DNA of 46,161 nucleotides, taken from Octopus bimaculoides (Eukaryota). Shown piece by piece: positions 14,425 to 26,959 of the stretch. The stretch spans positions 68,514,307 to 68,560,467 of the forward strand of contig NC_068987.1 of assembly GCF_001194135.2 (NCBI RefSeq), in the 5' to 3' direction. Within the stretch, counting starts at the first letter, position 1; every line of letters begins with the position of its first letter. The position numbers and the translations under genes are program-made. Below the pieces are notes generated by a model. That model saw nothing but the letters and a program-made list of their open reading frames with translations, had not been told where the DNA came from and searched no databases.

Positions 14425-14745
14425 GAAGGCGCGTGACTTAGTGGTTAGGGTGTTCGACTCACGATCGCAAGATCATGAGTTCAATTCCTAGCGGCGCGTT
14501 GTGTCTTTGAGCAAGACACTTTATTTTACATTTCTCCAATCCATTCAGCTGTCAAAAACGAGTAGTACCTGTATTTCCAAGGGCCAGCTTTGTCACACTG
14601 TGTCACACTGAATCTCCCTGAGAACTACGTTAAAACTATATTTATCTGTTGAGAGCTCAACTACATGCACGTTAATTTCACGTGCAGGCTGATCCGTTGA
14701 TCGGATTAACTGGGCCCTTTGTCGTTGTAACTGACGGAGTGCCAG
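14425..14745 (+). mobile_element. tRNA-derived SINE with CORE-like centre and family-A 3' tail
   Basis: Head gaaggcgcgtgacttagtggttaggg...gagttcaattcc (A and B boxes); centre gtgtctttgagcaagacactt...cagctgtcaaaaacgag resembles the CORE-SINE domain; the 3' part is the reverse complement of the family A tail. Confidence 0.8.
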
Positions 14746-15149
14746 TTAATATGATGAATATATTTTGTTGCTTAGCACCAGGACCTAGTTAGTATACGAC
14801 CAAAGGTTTTCTTGCTCTTTCCATCATGATCCATCCACTTCAGCCAGTTAGAATGCCTAGGATCGCATAATAAAGCAGTACTTATTTTCTGTGATCTACG
14901 GGAGATATATGACTGTTATTTCAAGTAGGGTCGAAAAACAGCGCTCAGTTTCCTAATTCTGCTTGTATCGTTCGTTTTGCTACAAGAAATGCTGGTATAT
15001 AAGCATGTCCATCACTGAAACATGAGGAAATAGTGAGTGTGATATTGCTTCTTTGCATATGTGCCAATAAACATATCTATGAGTCAATCAATCTATCTAT
15101 CTGATTATCCAGATATGAATAACTACATATGTATACATACATACATATA

Positions 15150-15503
<354 letters not shown>

Positions 15504-15504
15504 C

Positions 15505-15862
15505 ATTTCTTTTATTAGCCATACAGGGCTCAACGAAGATGGGACAAATACAATGTAGACCTCTTCTTTTTGGGAGGGGGAAGGAAGGAAAAAAAAGGGG
15601 TGGTGTCGATCAAAAGGGATCGTAGGAAGGGATCGAAAAAAAAAAAAAAAAAAANNNNNNNNNNNNNNNNNNNNNNNNNNNNNNNNNNNNNNNNNNNNNN
15701 NNNNNNNNNNNNNNNNNNNNNNNNNNNNNNNNNNNNNNNNNNNNNNNNNNNNNNNNNNNNNNNNNNNNNNNNNNNNNNNNNNNNNNNNNNNNNNNNNNNN
15801 NNNNNTGTTCATAGGGTTATGCTCAAGATGGCTCCGTCGTTCACACGTGCCACCCTTGCTAC
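15505..15862 (-). mobile_element. LINE 3' end (spans a gap) ending in AATAAAAGAAAT plus (TATC)n tail
   Basis: Minus strand: gtagcaagggtggcacgtgtgaacgacggagccatcttgagcataacccta (VARVARVNDGAILSITL*), then a T/C-rich UTR ending ...ctgtatggctaataaaagaaat and a microsatellite; similar terminus at 13790-13921. Confidence 0.5.
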
Positions 15863-15936
<74 letters not shown>

Positions 15937-16597
15937 GGGAGGGAGAGAGGTGGAGGGAGAAGGGAGGGAGAAAGAGAAATGTGTATAGGTGCCAGTTCCA
16001 TAATCTAATATAAAATAACAAAACGATTGGCCACATGCTATCATTGGCTTCCATTGTAGCACCGTCGTTTAGGTTCTGATAATCTACACACCCGAAGATA
16101 CACACGAAATTCAAAGGGAATCAAAGAAGATGGGAGAAGCAGGCAAAAAAAATAAAGAAGAAAAAAAAAAGAAAGAGAGGAAAGGGAAAAAAAAAGAATA
16201 TACATGTATAAAATGCATAAATAAATCAATGAAAAAAAAATAGAGTGAATAAGCATTGTCCACAGGATTTAATGTGTCGCTCTGTATAACTTGGCTAGCT
16301 TTTGTTAATTCTGCTGCGCTTTGCAAATAATATACAGTCTCCTGTAACATCTGAACTGGTCACTTGGAACAGCTTTATCGATCGGTCATTTTTACAATGA
16401 ATCAATATTGAACTACGTGTTGTCAACCCTTTAAAAACGGTGGATATTGTTTAATACACTTTGACATAACAATGTGGAGTGGAGTGAACCGCTGTAATAC
16501 AGGATTAGCTTTGATCTGTTGCTTGCTGCTGCTGTTAATGTTTTTTTTTTCTTTTTCTATTGTTGTTATTTCATTTCTCTTCTCTTTTCTTCATTTA

Positions 16598-16671
<74 letters not shown>

Positions 16672-17111
16672 ATCATCATCATTCAGAATTTTCGAGGTCG
16701 GTCAGTTTGGCAAGTTCGTGAGTTCGCTGGACAGAGGTAAGATCGTATATGAAACGTGTCGATTCTGAACATGCATTAAATAAATAACTGAATAGACGAT
16801 GAATGTCTGAATGAATGAATGAATGAATGAATGAATGAATGAATGGATAAACGAACTCTCCCAGTGTAACAAGAAACAATACAATTATGATCGGTGCAAC
16901 ATGCGTTGGGTAATGTAAGATGAAAACTTGTATTCTGATTAGTGTTGCATGAATTTTGCATATGGAAGCATTATGTATTATACATACGCATTTCACACAC
17001 ACATAGACAGAAACACTCAAGCACACACACACACGCACACACTCACGCGAGCACATGCATACGCAAACACACGCATCTTAAGCCAAACACAAGTTTGCGT
17101 GTGTGTGTATG

Positions 17112-17160
<49 letters not shown>

Positions 17161-17172
17161 TTATCAAAATAC

Positions 17173-17458
17173 GGTAGAAGTTACAGAGGGACTCAAGAGC
17201 CGAGAATTTCGTGCGTTGGCACTTATCAAGCTGGTTTCAAATCAATGAGATTGTATATACTGTAATGCCTCGATATACGAGTTAATTCGTTCCCTTAGAA
17301 AGCTCGTAAAGCGAAAACTAGTAAACAGGAAATATAACTCGTAAAATCTCGTAAACCCGTGGTCTCGTAAAGCTAGTCCCCGTAAAGTGAGGTATTACTG
17401 TACCAGTTTGATAAGTGCCAACGAAACTCAGGTCCTTTCTGTCACTGTGATTTCTGCC
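17173..17458. mobile_element. Foldback (long inverted repeat) element hosting the Tigger-like MITE
   Basis: Inner arms cgttggcacttatcaagctggt (17214-17235) and accagtttgataagtgccaacg (17402-17423) match 21/22 as inverted repeats; weaker inverted similarity extends to about 17173 and 17458. Confidence 0.65.
17260..17400. mobile_element. Tigger/pogo-like MITE, 141 bp, TA TSD
   Basis: Left end ctgtaatgcctc versus right end read inward cagtaatacctc (10/12 match); TA on both sides; internal reiterated ctcgta motifs. Confidence 0.75.
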
Positions 17459-17488
17459 AAATTATTAGTAATATGCATATTTTTGTTT

Positions 17489-17850
17489 GTTGGCACTCCG
17501 TCGCTTACCACGTCGAGGGTTCCAGTTGATCCGATCAACGGAACAGCCTGCTCGTGAAATTAACGTTCAAGTGGCTGAGCACTCCACAGACACGTGTACC
17601 CTTAACGTAGTTCCCGGGGATATTCAGCGTGACACAGTGTGACAAGGCTGACCCTTTAAATTACAGGTACAACAGAAACAGGAAGTAAGAGTGAGAGAAA
17701 AGCAGGGTTCGCCACCATCCCCTGCCGGAGCCGCGTGGAGCTTGAGGTGTTTTCGCTCAATAATCACTCACAACGCCCGGTCTGGGAATCGAAACCGCGA
17801 TCCTATAACCGCGAGTCCGCTGCCCTAACCGCTGGACTATTGCGCCTCCA
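17489..17850 (-). mobile_element. tRNA-derived SINE, family A (tail ending ...gacggagtgccaac), with a ~19-nt internal deletion
   Basis: Minus-strand 5' head tggaggcgcaatagtccagcggttagggcagcggactcgcggttataggatcgcggtttcgattccc has A/B-box-like motifs. Near-identical to 27453-27833 and 45885-46161 but lacks gttgtggtgaaagagtaca. Confidence 0.9.
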
Positions 17851-18374
17851 CACACACACACATACATACATACATACATACATACATACATACATACATA
17901 CAAACATACATACATACATACGTACATACATGCATACTTACCTACGTACATCTTATGTTACTATAGACACATCCATTCATGAACCGCCTCTGAATATAAA
18001 TGTCTTTGTGCGTACATGAAGTCCCTACATGTCAAATAGCCTTTTTCAGATTAGAACTCTACATCTAGCCAAGTAGATGGTGAATCGATTCCTATGACCG
18101 TCTGACAATTGCTAGCTTAAGCAACCGAGCTATAAATACTTATTACAGTAAGAGAGATTCGCTTTGAGCTGAATTCCGTTTTGATCGCGGAGAAAATACC
18201 ATTCGAAGGACTGGTGTCCTATCCCTGGTACGATTACTTTCTTATCTGCTATAGTCTCTTTAAATTGGAAATAAACATTAGCTGAGTAAACTGAGTAAAC
18301 ATTAACTGAGTGCGGTTTGTTACTGAAAGTATAAATTGTAGGTTTTCAACGTAGACGCACGACCATAGACTTTA

Positions 18375-18480
18375 GGGATTGATCGAATGTATCCAACGCC
18401 AGTTTTTTATCGTTGGTACTAAGTTTATTAACCATGGAAAGATGGAAGGGAAAGTTCATGTCGGTGATATTTGATGTTAG
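18375..18480 (-). mobile_element. SINE family C, strongly decayed
   Basis: ggtactaagtttattaaccatggaaagatggaagggaaagttcatgtcggtgatatttga resembles 30010-30075. Confidence 0.45.
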
Positions 18481-18696
18481 ATTATCAATCAAAGCTATTA
18501 AAGGCAGAAAGGCATGTAAACCATCATTCAACAGATTCTGCCCATCATCGTTGTTAGAAAGGTTATTATAAAGCCTTCTTTCATAGAGAGAAAAAAAAAA
18601 AACGTTTGGAGGAATGGGAGTAGGTGGAGAAACAGCAGTGGCAGCAGGAATATCTACTCCAGTATTCAACAATATTTTCTTATCGATCACTGAAAT

Positions 18697-18871
18697 AGCC
18701 TTTCTATTGTAGGCACAAGTCCTGGAATTTTATTGTAGGGAATAAGTTGATGACATCGACCACAATGCTCGACTTGTTATTATTTTATTGACTACGAAAG
18801 GTTGAAAGGCAAAGTTGACTTCGGTGATATTAGAACTCAGAATGTAAAGACGAACAAAATGCCTCCAAGCA
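18697..18871 (-). mobile_element. SINE family C copy
   Basis: ttattgactacgaaaggttgaaaggcaaagttgacttcggtgatattagaactcagaatgtaaagacgaac aligns with 30020-30095. Confidence 0.65.
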
Positions 18872-18949
18872 ATAAACACTTGAAAGGTATTTCGCCTGCT
18901 GCTCTATTGTCGTCTGCAATCCATCATCTTAAGAAAACACATAATAATC

Positions 18950-19135
18950 TTTTCTACTATAGGCACAAGGCTTGAGGCTTTGTAGGCCTACCTCGCTGGT
19001 ACTTATTTCATCGACTCCTAAGTGGATGAAAGAAAAAGTTGACCTCGGCAGAATTTGAACTCAAAGCTTAAAAACGGACATCTTGTCGTTAAGCATTTTG
19101 TCCGGAACGCTCACAATTCAGTCAGCTCACTGCCT
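18950..19135 (-). mobile_element. SINE family C copy
   Basis: ggtacttatttcatcgactcctaagtggatgaaagaaaaagttgacctcggcagaatttgaactca aligns with 30010-30077. Confidence 0.7.
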
Positions 19136-19643
19136 TGAGAAAGTATATAAGAATAATAATATAATAATCTGTATTAACTGTTACATTGATGATTTTCATC
19201 TTTCTAGGTTGATCAAAATAAACCAGGAGGAATACAATGTTGATTCATCCAATTTATATTCTCCATCCACCTCCGAAAGTCTGTCTTTTACATATTTTTT
19301 CCTAACCTTATCACGTAAATATACGAGCGTCTGTCTTGCTACACATACGTTAAGTTACATAACAGGCATTATGCACTGCTCATGGACATAAACAATGTAT
19401 AAACTCTTTCTCTCACACACAAACGCATACATACAGATATCTGCAGTTGCGTGATTTCTGCACGAACAAACGTACACATTCAAACACCCACATGTACAGA
19501 GAGATACCACCACATACATATACAAAGATGTGAATTGTTTATTTGAAAATATTCCTGATTGCGCGTGTGTGTGAGAGAGCGTATGTGTGTGTGTTTGCGC
19601 GCGCATGGTCGAAATCACGGTGTAATTTTTTCTGTAGTCAATA

Positions 19644-19674
<31 letters not shown>

Positions 19675-20596
19675 ACTCTCTTTATTACTCAATCACTTAT
19701 TCACACACTCAATCGCACACACACTCATTCACCTACTCACTCACTCACTCTTCGTTTCTTTCTCTTATGTGTACGCATGTGTGTGTACTAAGAGAAACAA
19801 ACAGAGATAGAAAGACAGACAGAGACACAGAGACAGACAGAGACACAGAGACAGACAGACAGACAAGCAGACAGAGACAGAGTTACTGTTGTTATACAGT
19901 CCTTAGTCGGCACCGATCGAGTACCTCTATATTCAAATGCATTCACTCCATGAGCATTTCGTCTTATTTGATATTTAGACTATATTTTGCAATGTATCAA
20001 ATCTGAGACGTTTGTGTGCAGTTTTTTCTTTTCTCTTCTCTTTTCCTTTTTTTTTTTTTTTTTTTTTTNNNNNNNNNNTTTTTTTTGTCTGTCACTTTTT
20101 TAAGCACGTTTAGTAACAGTGTAGAGATGCCATAGATAGATAGATAAATGGATTGCTGGCTGGCTGGCTGGATGGATGGATGGACGGACGGACGGTCGGA
20201 CAGTGAGAGGGTGTCGTTTTCTATGTTAGTGATTATTGTATGCACAATATCGTTCATATCTATAAAATCGTTGGTTGGAGTGTTTAGAGTGCCAGGAGGT
20301 ATTTAGAAGTCCGTTTCGTAGCCACGTTGTTTCATGTTCTTTTTGAACGACCCCCCCCCCCCCGAGCGAGTATTTTCTAGTGCAGCCACCCTGAAAACAA
20401 CGGTGTTCTTGCTTATGTTGTGTTCTTTTGTACTGTGTTACTTATGTGCTAATTAAGCAAAAATCAATAAAATACATAACAGACTGAGATTGCTTTCAAG
20501 GCAATATGACCGACAAAGTCACTGAAAGCGGTGCTCCAGCACCTGAATCTAGTAGAGTGGATCAAGAATTATAAACTTAAAAATATATAGATTATA

Positions 20597-20627
<31 letters not shown>

Positions 20628-20861
20628 AGGGGGAAGAAGGGAGAGTCAGAGTGAGTGAGTGAGTGAGTGAGTGAGTCAGCGGAACATTGAAAACAAAATT
20701 GAAAAAAGGTGGTCATTATAAAGGGAGAAGAAACAGGAACAGAGACACACTTAAAGAGTAAAGAGAGAAAAAAAATGAAAGTTGATAAATTAAAACCAGA
20801 CAGACAGAAAAGACAGAGAGTAGGAGGTAGGTTGAGCGCGGCAATAACAATAGTAACTTAC

Positions 20862-20978
20862 CGGCAACGGTTCTAGCCCCATTCTCATTCTTTTAGCATT
20901 GTTGCTCTCATTTTCACAAGCCGTTGCTAGGATACCTTCAGCGGCTGCAGACGTCAGATGTGGTGGAGTCGGGCGAAG
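20862..20978 (-). CDS. Internal coding exon (39 codons, phase 0-0) of an unidentified minus-strand gene: [39 protein letters not shown]
   Basis: On the minus strand: long T-rich tract ...tttatttattttgtttttttttttaattcttcgacAG| acceptor and consensus donor ccg|GTAAGT. Length 117 nt is divisible by 3, only one of three frames is open (the other two hit TGA), and GC is clearly higher than the flanks. Protein family not recognised. Confidence 0.75.
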
Positions 20979-21284
20979 CTGTCGAAGAATTAAAAAAAAA
21001 ACAAAATAAATAAAGTAAATTCACCCATCAATTCATAAAGTTGCAGTGTTATAACTGGCACTGAGTAAATGTGCATGTCGTATCATATGTAAATTATAAG
21101 ACGTACGGTGGCACATCGTAAACAACAACACTGGATTTTGACTGATGTAAATATAAATGTAAATAAAGNNNNNNNNNNNNNNNNNNNNNNNNNNNNNNNN
21201 NNNNNNNNNNNNNNNNNNNNNNNNNNNNNNNNNNNNNNNNNNNNNNNNNNNNNNNNNNNNNNNNNNNNNNNNNNNNNNNNNNNN

Positions 21285-21318
<34 letters not shown>

Positions 21319-22989
21319 GTTTATGAACACACACACATACACACGTTTCTATATACAAAGAAAAACAACAAGGCAAAACGCACTCGATAGAGAGAATGGA
21401 TTTTATGAATACTTATAAGTTTATACATTTGTTACTCGGAGTAACCCGCACGTACATATGGAAGATCAGTCGGACAAAATATGGGAGATGAAGCTGTCTC
21501 TGTCATGCACAAAGTAGGTTGACGCAAGTTAGTATACCAAGTCTCAAGACGCATCATCTAGTTGAATTTGTAGAAGGCTGTAAACATTGCTGATTGGAAA
21601 GCGACAACTTGTAGGGTTGTGGCCCAATCTTAAGCTATAGTCTTCAAAAGGTAACTACACTACTACCTGTTAAACCTGATAACTTTGTAACTGAAACTAT
21701 TAACCTTCGACGTTCAGACGTCTGGAAGATGCTCAGGACAAATCTCTTCCAGTGTCAGAAGTTATGCATAATCTCTGATCTCTAGTTAAGTGATCTCCTT
21801 TGCAGCTTAAAGTATCTGGAACGTTTCGGTTAGATAGAGTCTGCAGTTTCGTGATCAACTGAAGCATAAAGTAGATTTACTGACATTACTTTACGCTATT
21901 GAAGTTGCTTGATCAAGAAGTGTCCAGAGGAATTGAAAAACGGGACGAGAAGTTGTCCTTGTCTCTTGACCTAAATGCATTGAGATAATAGAATACACAC
22001 TAATTCAAAGTGTTCACTGTTATTCCAGTGTAATTTTTTTTTCTACAAGACACCTTGAGTGGGCAGATGAATGGAATTTGATAGTTACAGGCTGCATGTT
22101 GTGTGATTGTGTGTATATATACATACATACATACAGACAGACACACACACACATACATTTATATGTATATATATACATACACACACATATGTATATACAT
22201 ACATACATGTATANNNNNNNNNNNNNNNNNNNNNNNNNNNNNNNNNNNNNNNNNNNNNNNNNNNNNNNNNNNNNNNNNNNNNNNNNNNNNNNNNNNNNNN
22301 NNNNNNNNNNNNNNNNNNNNNNNNNNNNNNNNNNNNNNNNNNNNNNNNNNNNNNNNNNNNNNNNNNNNNNNNNNNNNNNNNNNNNNNNNNNNNNNNNNNN
22401 NNNNNNNNNNNNNNNNNNNNNNNNNNNNNNNNNNNNNNNNNNNNNNNNNNNNNNNNNNNNNNNNNNNNNNNNNNNNNNNNNNNNNNNNNNNNNNNNNNNN
22501 NNNNNNNNNNNNNNNNNNNNNNNNNNNNNNNNNNNNNNNNNNNNNNNNNNNNNNNNNNNNNNNNNNNNNNNNNNNNNNNNNNNNNNNNNNNNNNNNNNNN
22601 NNNNNNNNNNNNNNNNNNNNNNNNNNNNNNNNNNNNNNNNNNNNNNNNNNNNNNNNNNNNNNNNNNNNNNNNNNNNNNNNNNNNNNNNNNNNNNNNNNNN
22701 NNNNNNNNNNNNNNNNNNNNNNNNNNNNNNNNNNNNNNNNNNNNNNNNNNNNNNNNNNNNNNNNNNNNNNNNNNNNNNNNNNNNNNNNNNNNNNNNNNNN
22801 NNNNNNNNNNNNNNNNNNNNNNNNNGATAATCTGGAACTCGACTGCGGAAAGAAAACTCCGAATGACCTGTCCTTTTCTTTGTATCGTCTATCTGGATGT
22901 TTTGCGGTCCCTTTTTTATATCACCTAACTGTCTGGACGTTTTGTTTTCTTGTCCCATTTTGTATTATTGATTTATATATATATATATA

Positions 22990-23574
22990 GAGGGTTTATG
23001 GGTAAATTGTTGCCATTTTATAGTTCCAATTTTGCGCATGCGTATTGTTTGTTTGCTTTTGATTTTGTAGACTACGCAATATAGCAGAATCAGTTGGGCA
23101 CCTTTTGTGAGCAAAACAACATCATGATGCAATTCACTCTGCCAGATATTTGGAAACGACATGCTCTACTGCTTGGCATTCGAACCGGAAGCTCCAATAC
23201 GAAGATTTCAGAGTGTCTGGGTGTCAATATGATGACATTTACCGAGAGTAATACATACCAATCATCCAGTCAACATTATGGTGTTTGGAGTGATCACTAG
23301 TGATGGTGATGTTATTCCCCTATTCATCTTACCACACGGCCTCAGACTCAACACGGAGGCCTACATCAAGTGCCTGGTGGAATTAGTGCTGTCATGGTTG
23401 TCAGACAATTTCTGCGACCACATCACCCCTAACATCTGGCCACCGAACTCTCTAGACTGCAAATCCATTGATTATTATGGATCTAACACCAAAGATGAAC
23501 AGAAGGCAAGGCATCATCAGAAGAATTGCAAGAGATTCCGAAGTCGTCTGGAGTATTTTAAGATATTTTCAAGA
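22990..23574 (+). mobile_element. Internally deleted Tc1/mariner (maT/DD37D-like) transposon remnant
   Basis: Starts after TA (gagggtttatgggtaaattg). HTH-like N-terminus RHALLLGIRTGSSNTKISECLGV is followed by HPVNIMVFGVITSDGDVIPLF..GLRLNTEAYIKCL..VL and SWLSDNFCDHITPNIWPPNSLDCKSIDYY, matching the WPPxSPDLNPLDY motif, then FRSRLE. Large catalytic-domain segments are missing; 3' end abuts a gap. Confidence 0.85.
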
Positions 23575-23715
23575 NNNNNNNNNNACTCCATACCACCGTG
23601 AGAGTAAGTTTGGAAATTTAAAGTTTAAATAACGACATGTGGCTACAAACAGATCTCTGTGTGTGCGTGTGTGTGTGTTGAACGTGCATGTGAGTGCGTG
23701 AGAGAGAGAGAGAGA

Positions 23716-23746
<31 letters not shown>

Positions 23747-24180
23747 CATGCGCGTTTGTGTACGAGAGGTTAAATATAAAAAAAATAATCAAAAAAATCT
23801 TGAAACACGAAAGCAAAAATATAAAATAAAATATAAGAAAAATAAAAGAAAGAAAAAATCCAATGATAGAAAGATAAAAACAAATGAAATATCTTCCAAT
23901 TATCTCCGATACTCAATTAATGAACTAACTATAAGGTGAAAAATAAAACAGATTACACCAACAAAAACAACAGCAATTACAATAGTAAATACAACAATGA
24001 CAAACGAGAAAACTTCAACAATATGGCGTTCGAACAGTCACCTTCTGTGTTTGTCATTTCTCTACTTCTCTCTACAAATATGTCTCCTACCCCAATATCA
24101 CATTCAACTGATTCCTTGTGTTTTCTCTTAATATATACCTTTCCTTTACTTCCTCTTCCTCACTCGCCTCTCTTTCAATC

Positions 24181-24242
<62 letters not shown>

Positions 24243-24998
24243 GATCGATCGATCTACCTACGTGTGTCTTTGTAATTGTGTGAATGTACATACGCATCTA
24301 TTTATTTATCTGTCTTTAAAAACACACACACACACACATACATACACAAGTATGTATTCCAGTTGGATTTTGTGAATATTTTACACAATTTTTNNNNNNN
24401 NNNNNNNNNNNNNNNNNNNNNNNNNNNNNNNNNNNNNNNNNNNNNNNNNNNNNNNNNNNNNNNNNNNNNNNNNNNNNNNNNNNNNNNNNNNNNNNNNNNN
24501 NNNNNNNNNNNNNNNNNNNNNNNNNNNNNNNNNNNNNNNNNNNNNNNNNNNNNNNNNNNNNNNNNNNNNNNNNNNNNNNNNNNNNNNNNNNNNNNNNNNN
24601 NNNNNNNNNNNNNNNNNNNNNNNNNNNNNNNNNNNNNNNNNNNNNNNNNNNNNNNNNNNNNNNNNNNNNNNNNNCCACCACCACCACCACCACCACCACC
24701 ACCACCACTACCACCACGGGCATAACCACCAACGCCATAACCACAGCGACCAGTTCCATCACCACCAGTTCCATCACCACCACCACCATCATCACCATCA
24801 GCATCATCATGTGTTCTTCATATGTTATCATTGTCTGACTGATGTGGTAAACAGTGAATTTGTCCAGAAATTCATTTAATTCATTTCGGGATGAGATCCT
24901 TGTATAAAATACTTTTATTCCTATATGCCTATAGTTTTTTTCCTTTTTATTCTTTTAAATTTCTTTGTCATTACATGTTTGCTTATATTTCATTACTG

Positions 24999-25050
<52 letters not shown>

Positions 25051-26137
25051 ACTTCAACATTAACTTCTGAAACACACAAACATACACTCATATAAACACA
25101 CACACATGCACACATGCACACATACGCATTCAACCAACCAACCAGCCAACCAACCCACCAACCAACCAACCAACCAACGTCCACCATTTTTACCTTCAGT
25201 TATTTCAATCCTTATCAGTAATTTTCTCTTACCGAAGGGGCCAACCATTTTTAACAACTCAAGATTACAATCATTTTGTTCAATGACAAAGAATGTAAAC
25301 ACACACACAAATACATTTCCGCGCGCACACACACACACACACACACGCACACACACATAACTGCGCTAAAGTACGTACACACATATATCTTTTATATGCA
25401 TGTACACGAAAAAAATTCAATAAAAATACATTCGCCTTCATTATAACAAGTAGACCCACAGAAAGATATACCGACACCGAAACACAGACATACACGAATA
25501 AAGCATGTGTGTGTGTGTGTGTGTATACACATATATACATACGCATGCATAATATGTGTATATGTATAATATACATGTATACATATATATGTGTATATAT
25601 ATATTTATACATATATGTATATATGTATGTATGTATGTATATATATATNNNNNNNNNNNNNNNNNNNNNNNNNNNNNNNNNNNNNNNNNNNNNNNNNNNN
25701 NNNNNNNNNNNNNNNNNNNNNNNNNNNNNNNNNNNNNNNNNNNNNNNNNNNNNNNNNNNNNNNNNNNNNNNNNNNNNNNNNNNNNNNNNNNNNNNNNNNN
25801 NNNNNTGTTACACAAACACGTAGAGACGTGCTATCACACATACATGCAAATACATACGGATGGGAAATGCTTAGCACAACTTATATAGTATACATACCAA
25901 AACAAACACGACTAATATATTCACTTAAACACAAACATGTCTGCATACATGCACAGGTATATACACATACATACATACATACATACATACATACATACAT
26001 ACATACATACATACGCACGTACATATAGATAGTAGTAACGGTGTAGATAAAAACAAAGACAACGAAAATAAGGCTCAAGATAACTATAGTGTCTAAAGTA
26101 AAACAGACCAAAAGAGCGATTAAATAGGAATGAAAAC

Positions 26138-26203
<66 letters not shown>

Positions 26204-26393
26204 CGTAGTTGTTGTTTTTGTTGTTGCTGCTTTGCTTTTGTTGCTGCTGCTGCTGCTGTTGTTGTTGTTGTTGTTGTTGTTGTAGCAGCAGCAGCTGGAC
26301 GGAAGTAGCAGGACGCTGGGAGATTAGGGTTGAAAGACGAGAAGCAAGTACGGGGGAAATAAGAAAACAAAACAAATCAACAACAACAACAAC

Positions 26394-26424
<31 letters not shown>

Positions 26425-26520
26425 GTAATAATAATAATAGTAATAATAATAATGATGATGATGATGATGATGATGATGATTATGATGATGATAATAATAA
26501 CAATAATAATAATAATAAAC
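26138..26520. repeat. Two compound trinucleotide arrays: (TAG)/(TTG)/(CTG)/(CAG) and (CAA)/(TAA)/(TGA)
   Basis: Direct reading; separated by an approximately 80-bp purine-rich spacer. Confidence 0.95.
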
Positions 26521-26959
26521 GGTGTTGTTATTTAATCAGATAGATTAATAGACAGATAGATAGATAGATGAGTGCTTAAAACATTAGCTATCTGGTAACA
26601 AAAACAGGATGAGGTAGGGTGGAGTTCAATTGTTAGTCTTTACCAGGAAGCAGTCCTAATGTCTAGCCATCTGCAAGGTTTTTGTAGTTGACATGAAAGT
26701 TGCTAAAGACACCACTCTCTGAATCACTTCCAAACTTCTCCCTTGCTTCGTTATTTTTGTTTCTGATTTCTTATTTATACGTAGCAGGTTGGATGAATAT
26801 ATTCTTTTTTAGCGTGAAAGATTATTTAAAATCAGTTACAAATACTATCAATTCAGAGTTGTATCGTTTATAAAGCCATTTTGGGTATTTAAAACACAGT
26901 TGTTTTATTAATCAAAAAAAGGATAAATGGCGTTTATGACGTTTGTATTGGACAAAAGG

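Noticed and set aside
14425-14490. tRNA-like sequences (also at 17780-17850, 27765-27833, 10150-10230 and 13420-13450)
   Set aside because: A and B boxes are present, but they continue into SINE bodies or are degenerate, with no complete cloverleaf; these are SINE heads, not tRNA genes.
21500-21990. Possible ancient RTE-type RT remnant (RFTDITL resembling RFADDIVL)
   Set aside because: Many stops and frameshifts; similarity is too weak to call without an HMM search.
24675-24810. Poly-His or poly-Pro reading (HHHH...GHNHQRHNHSDQFHHH)
   Set aside because: A (CCA/CAT)n cryptic repeat next to a gap, with no convincing splice sites or start; similar trinucleotide arrays occur throughout the window.
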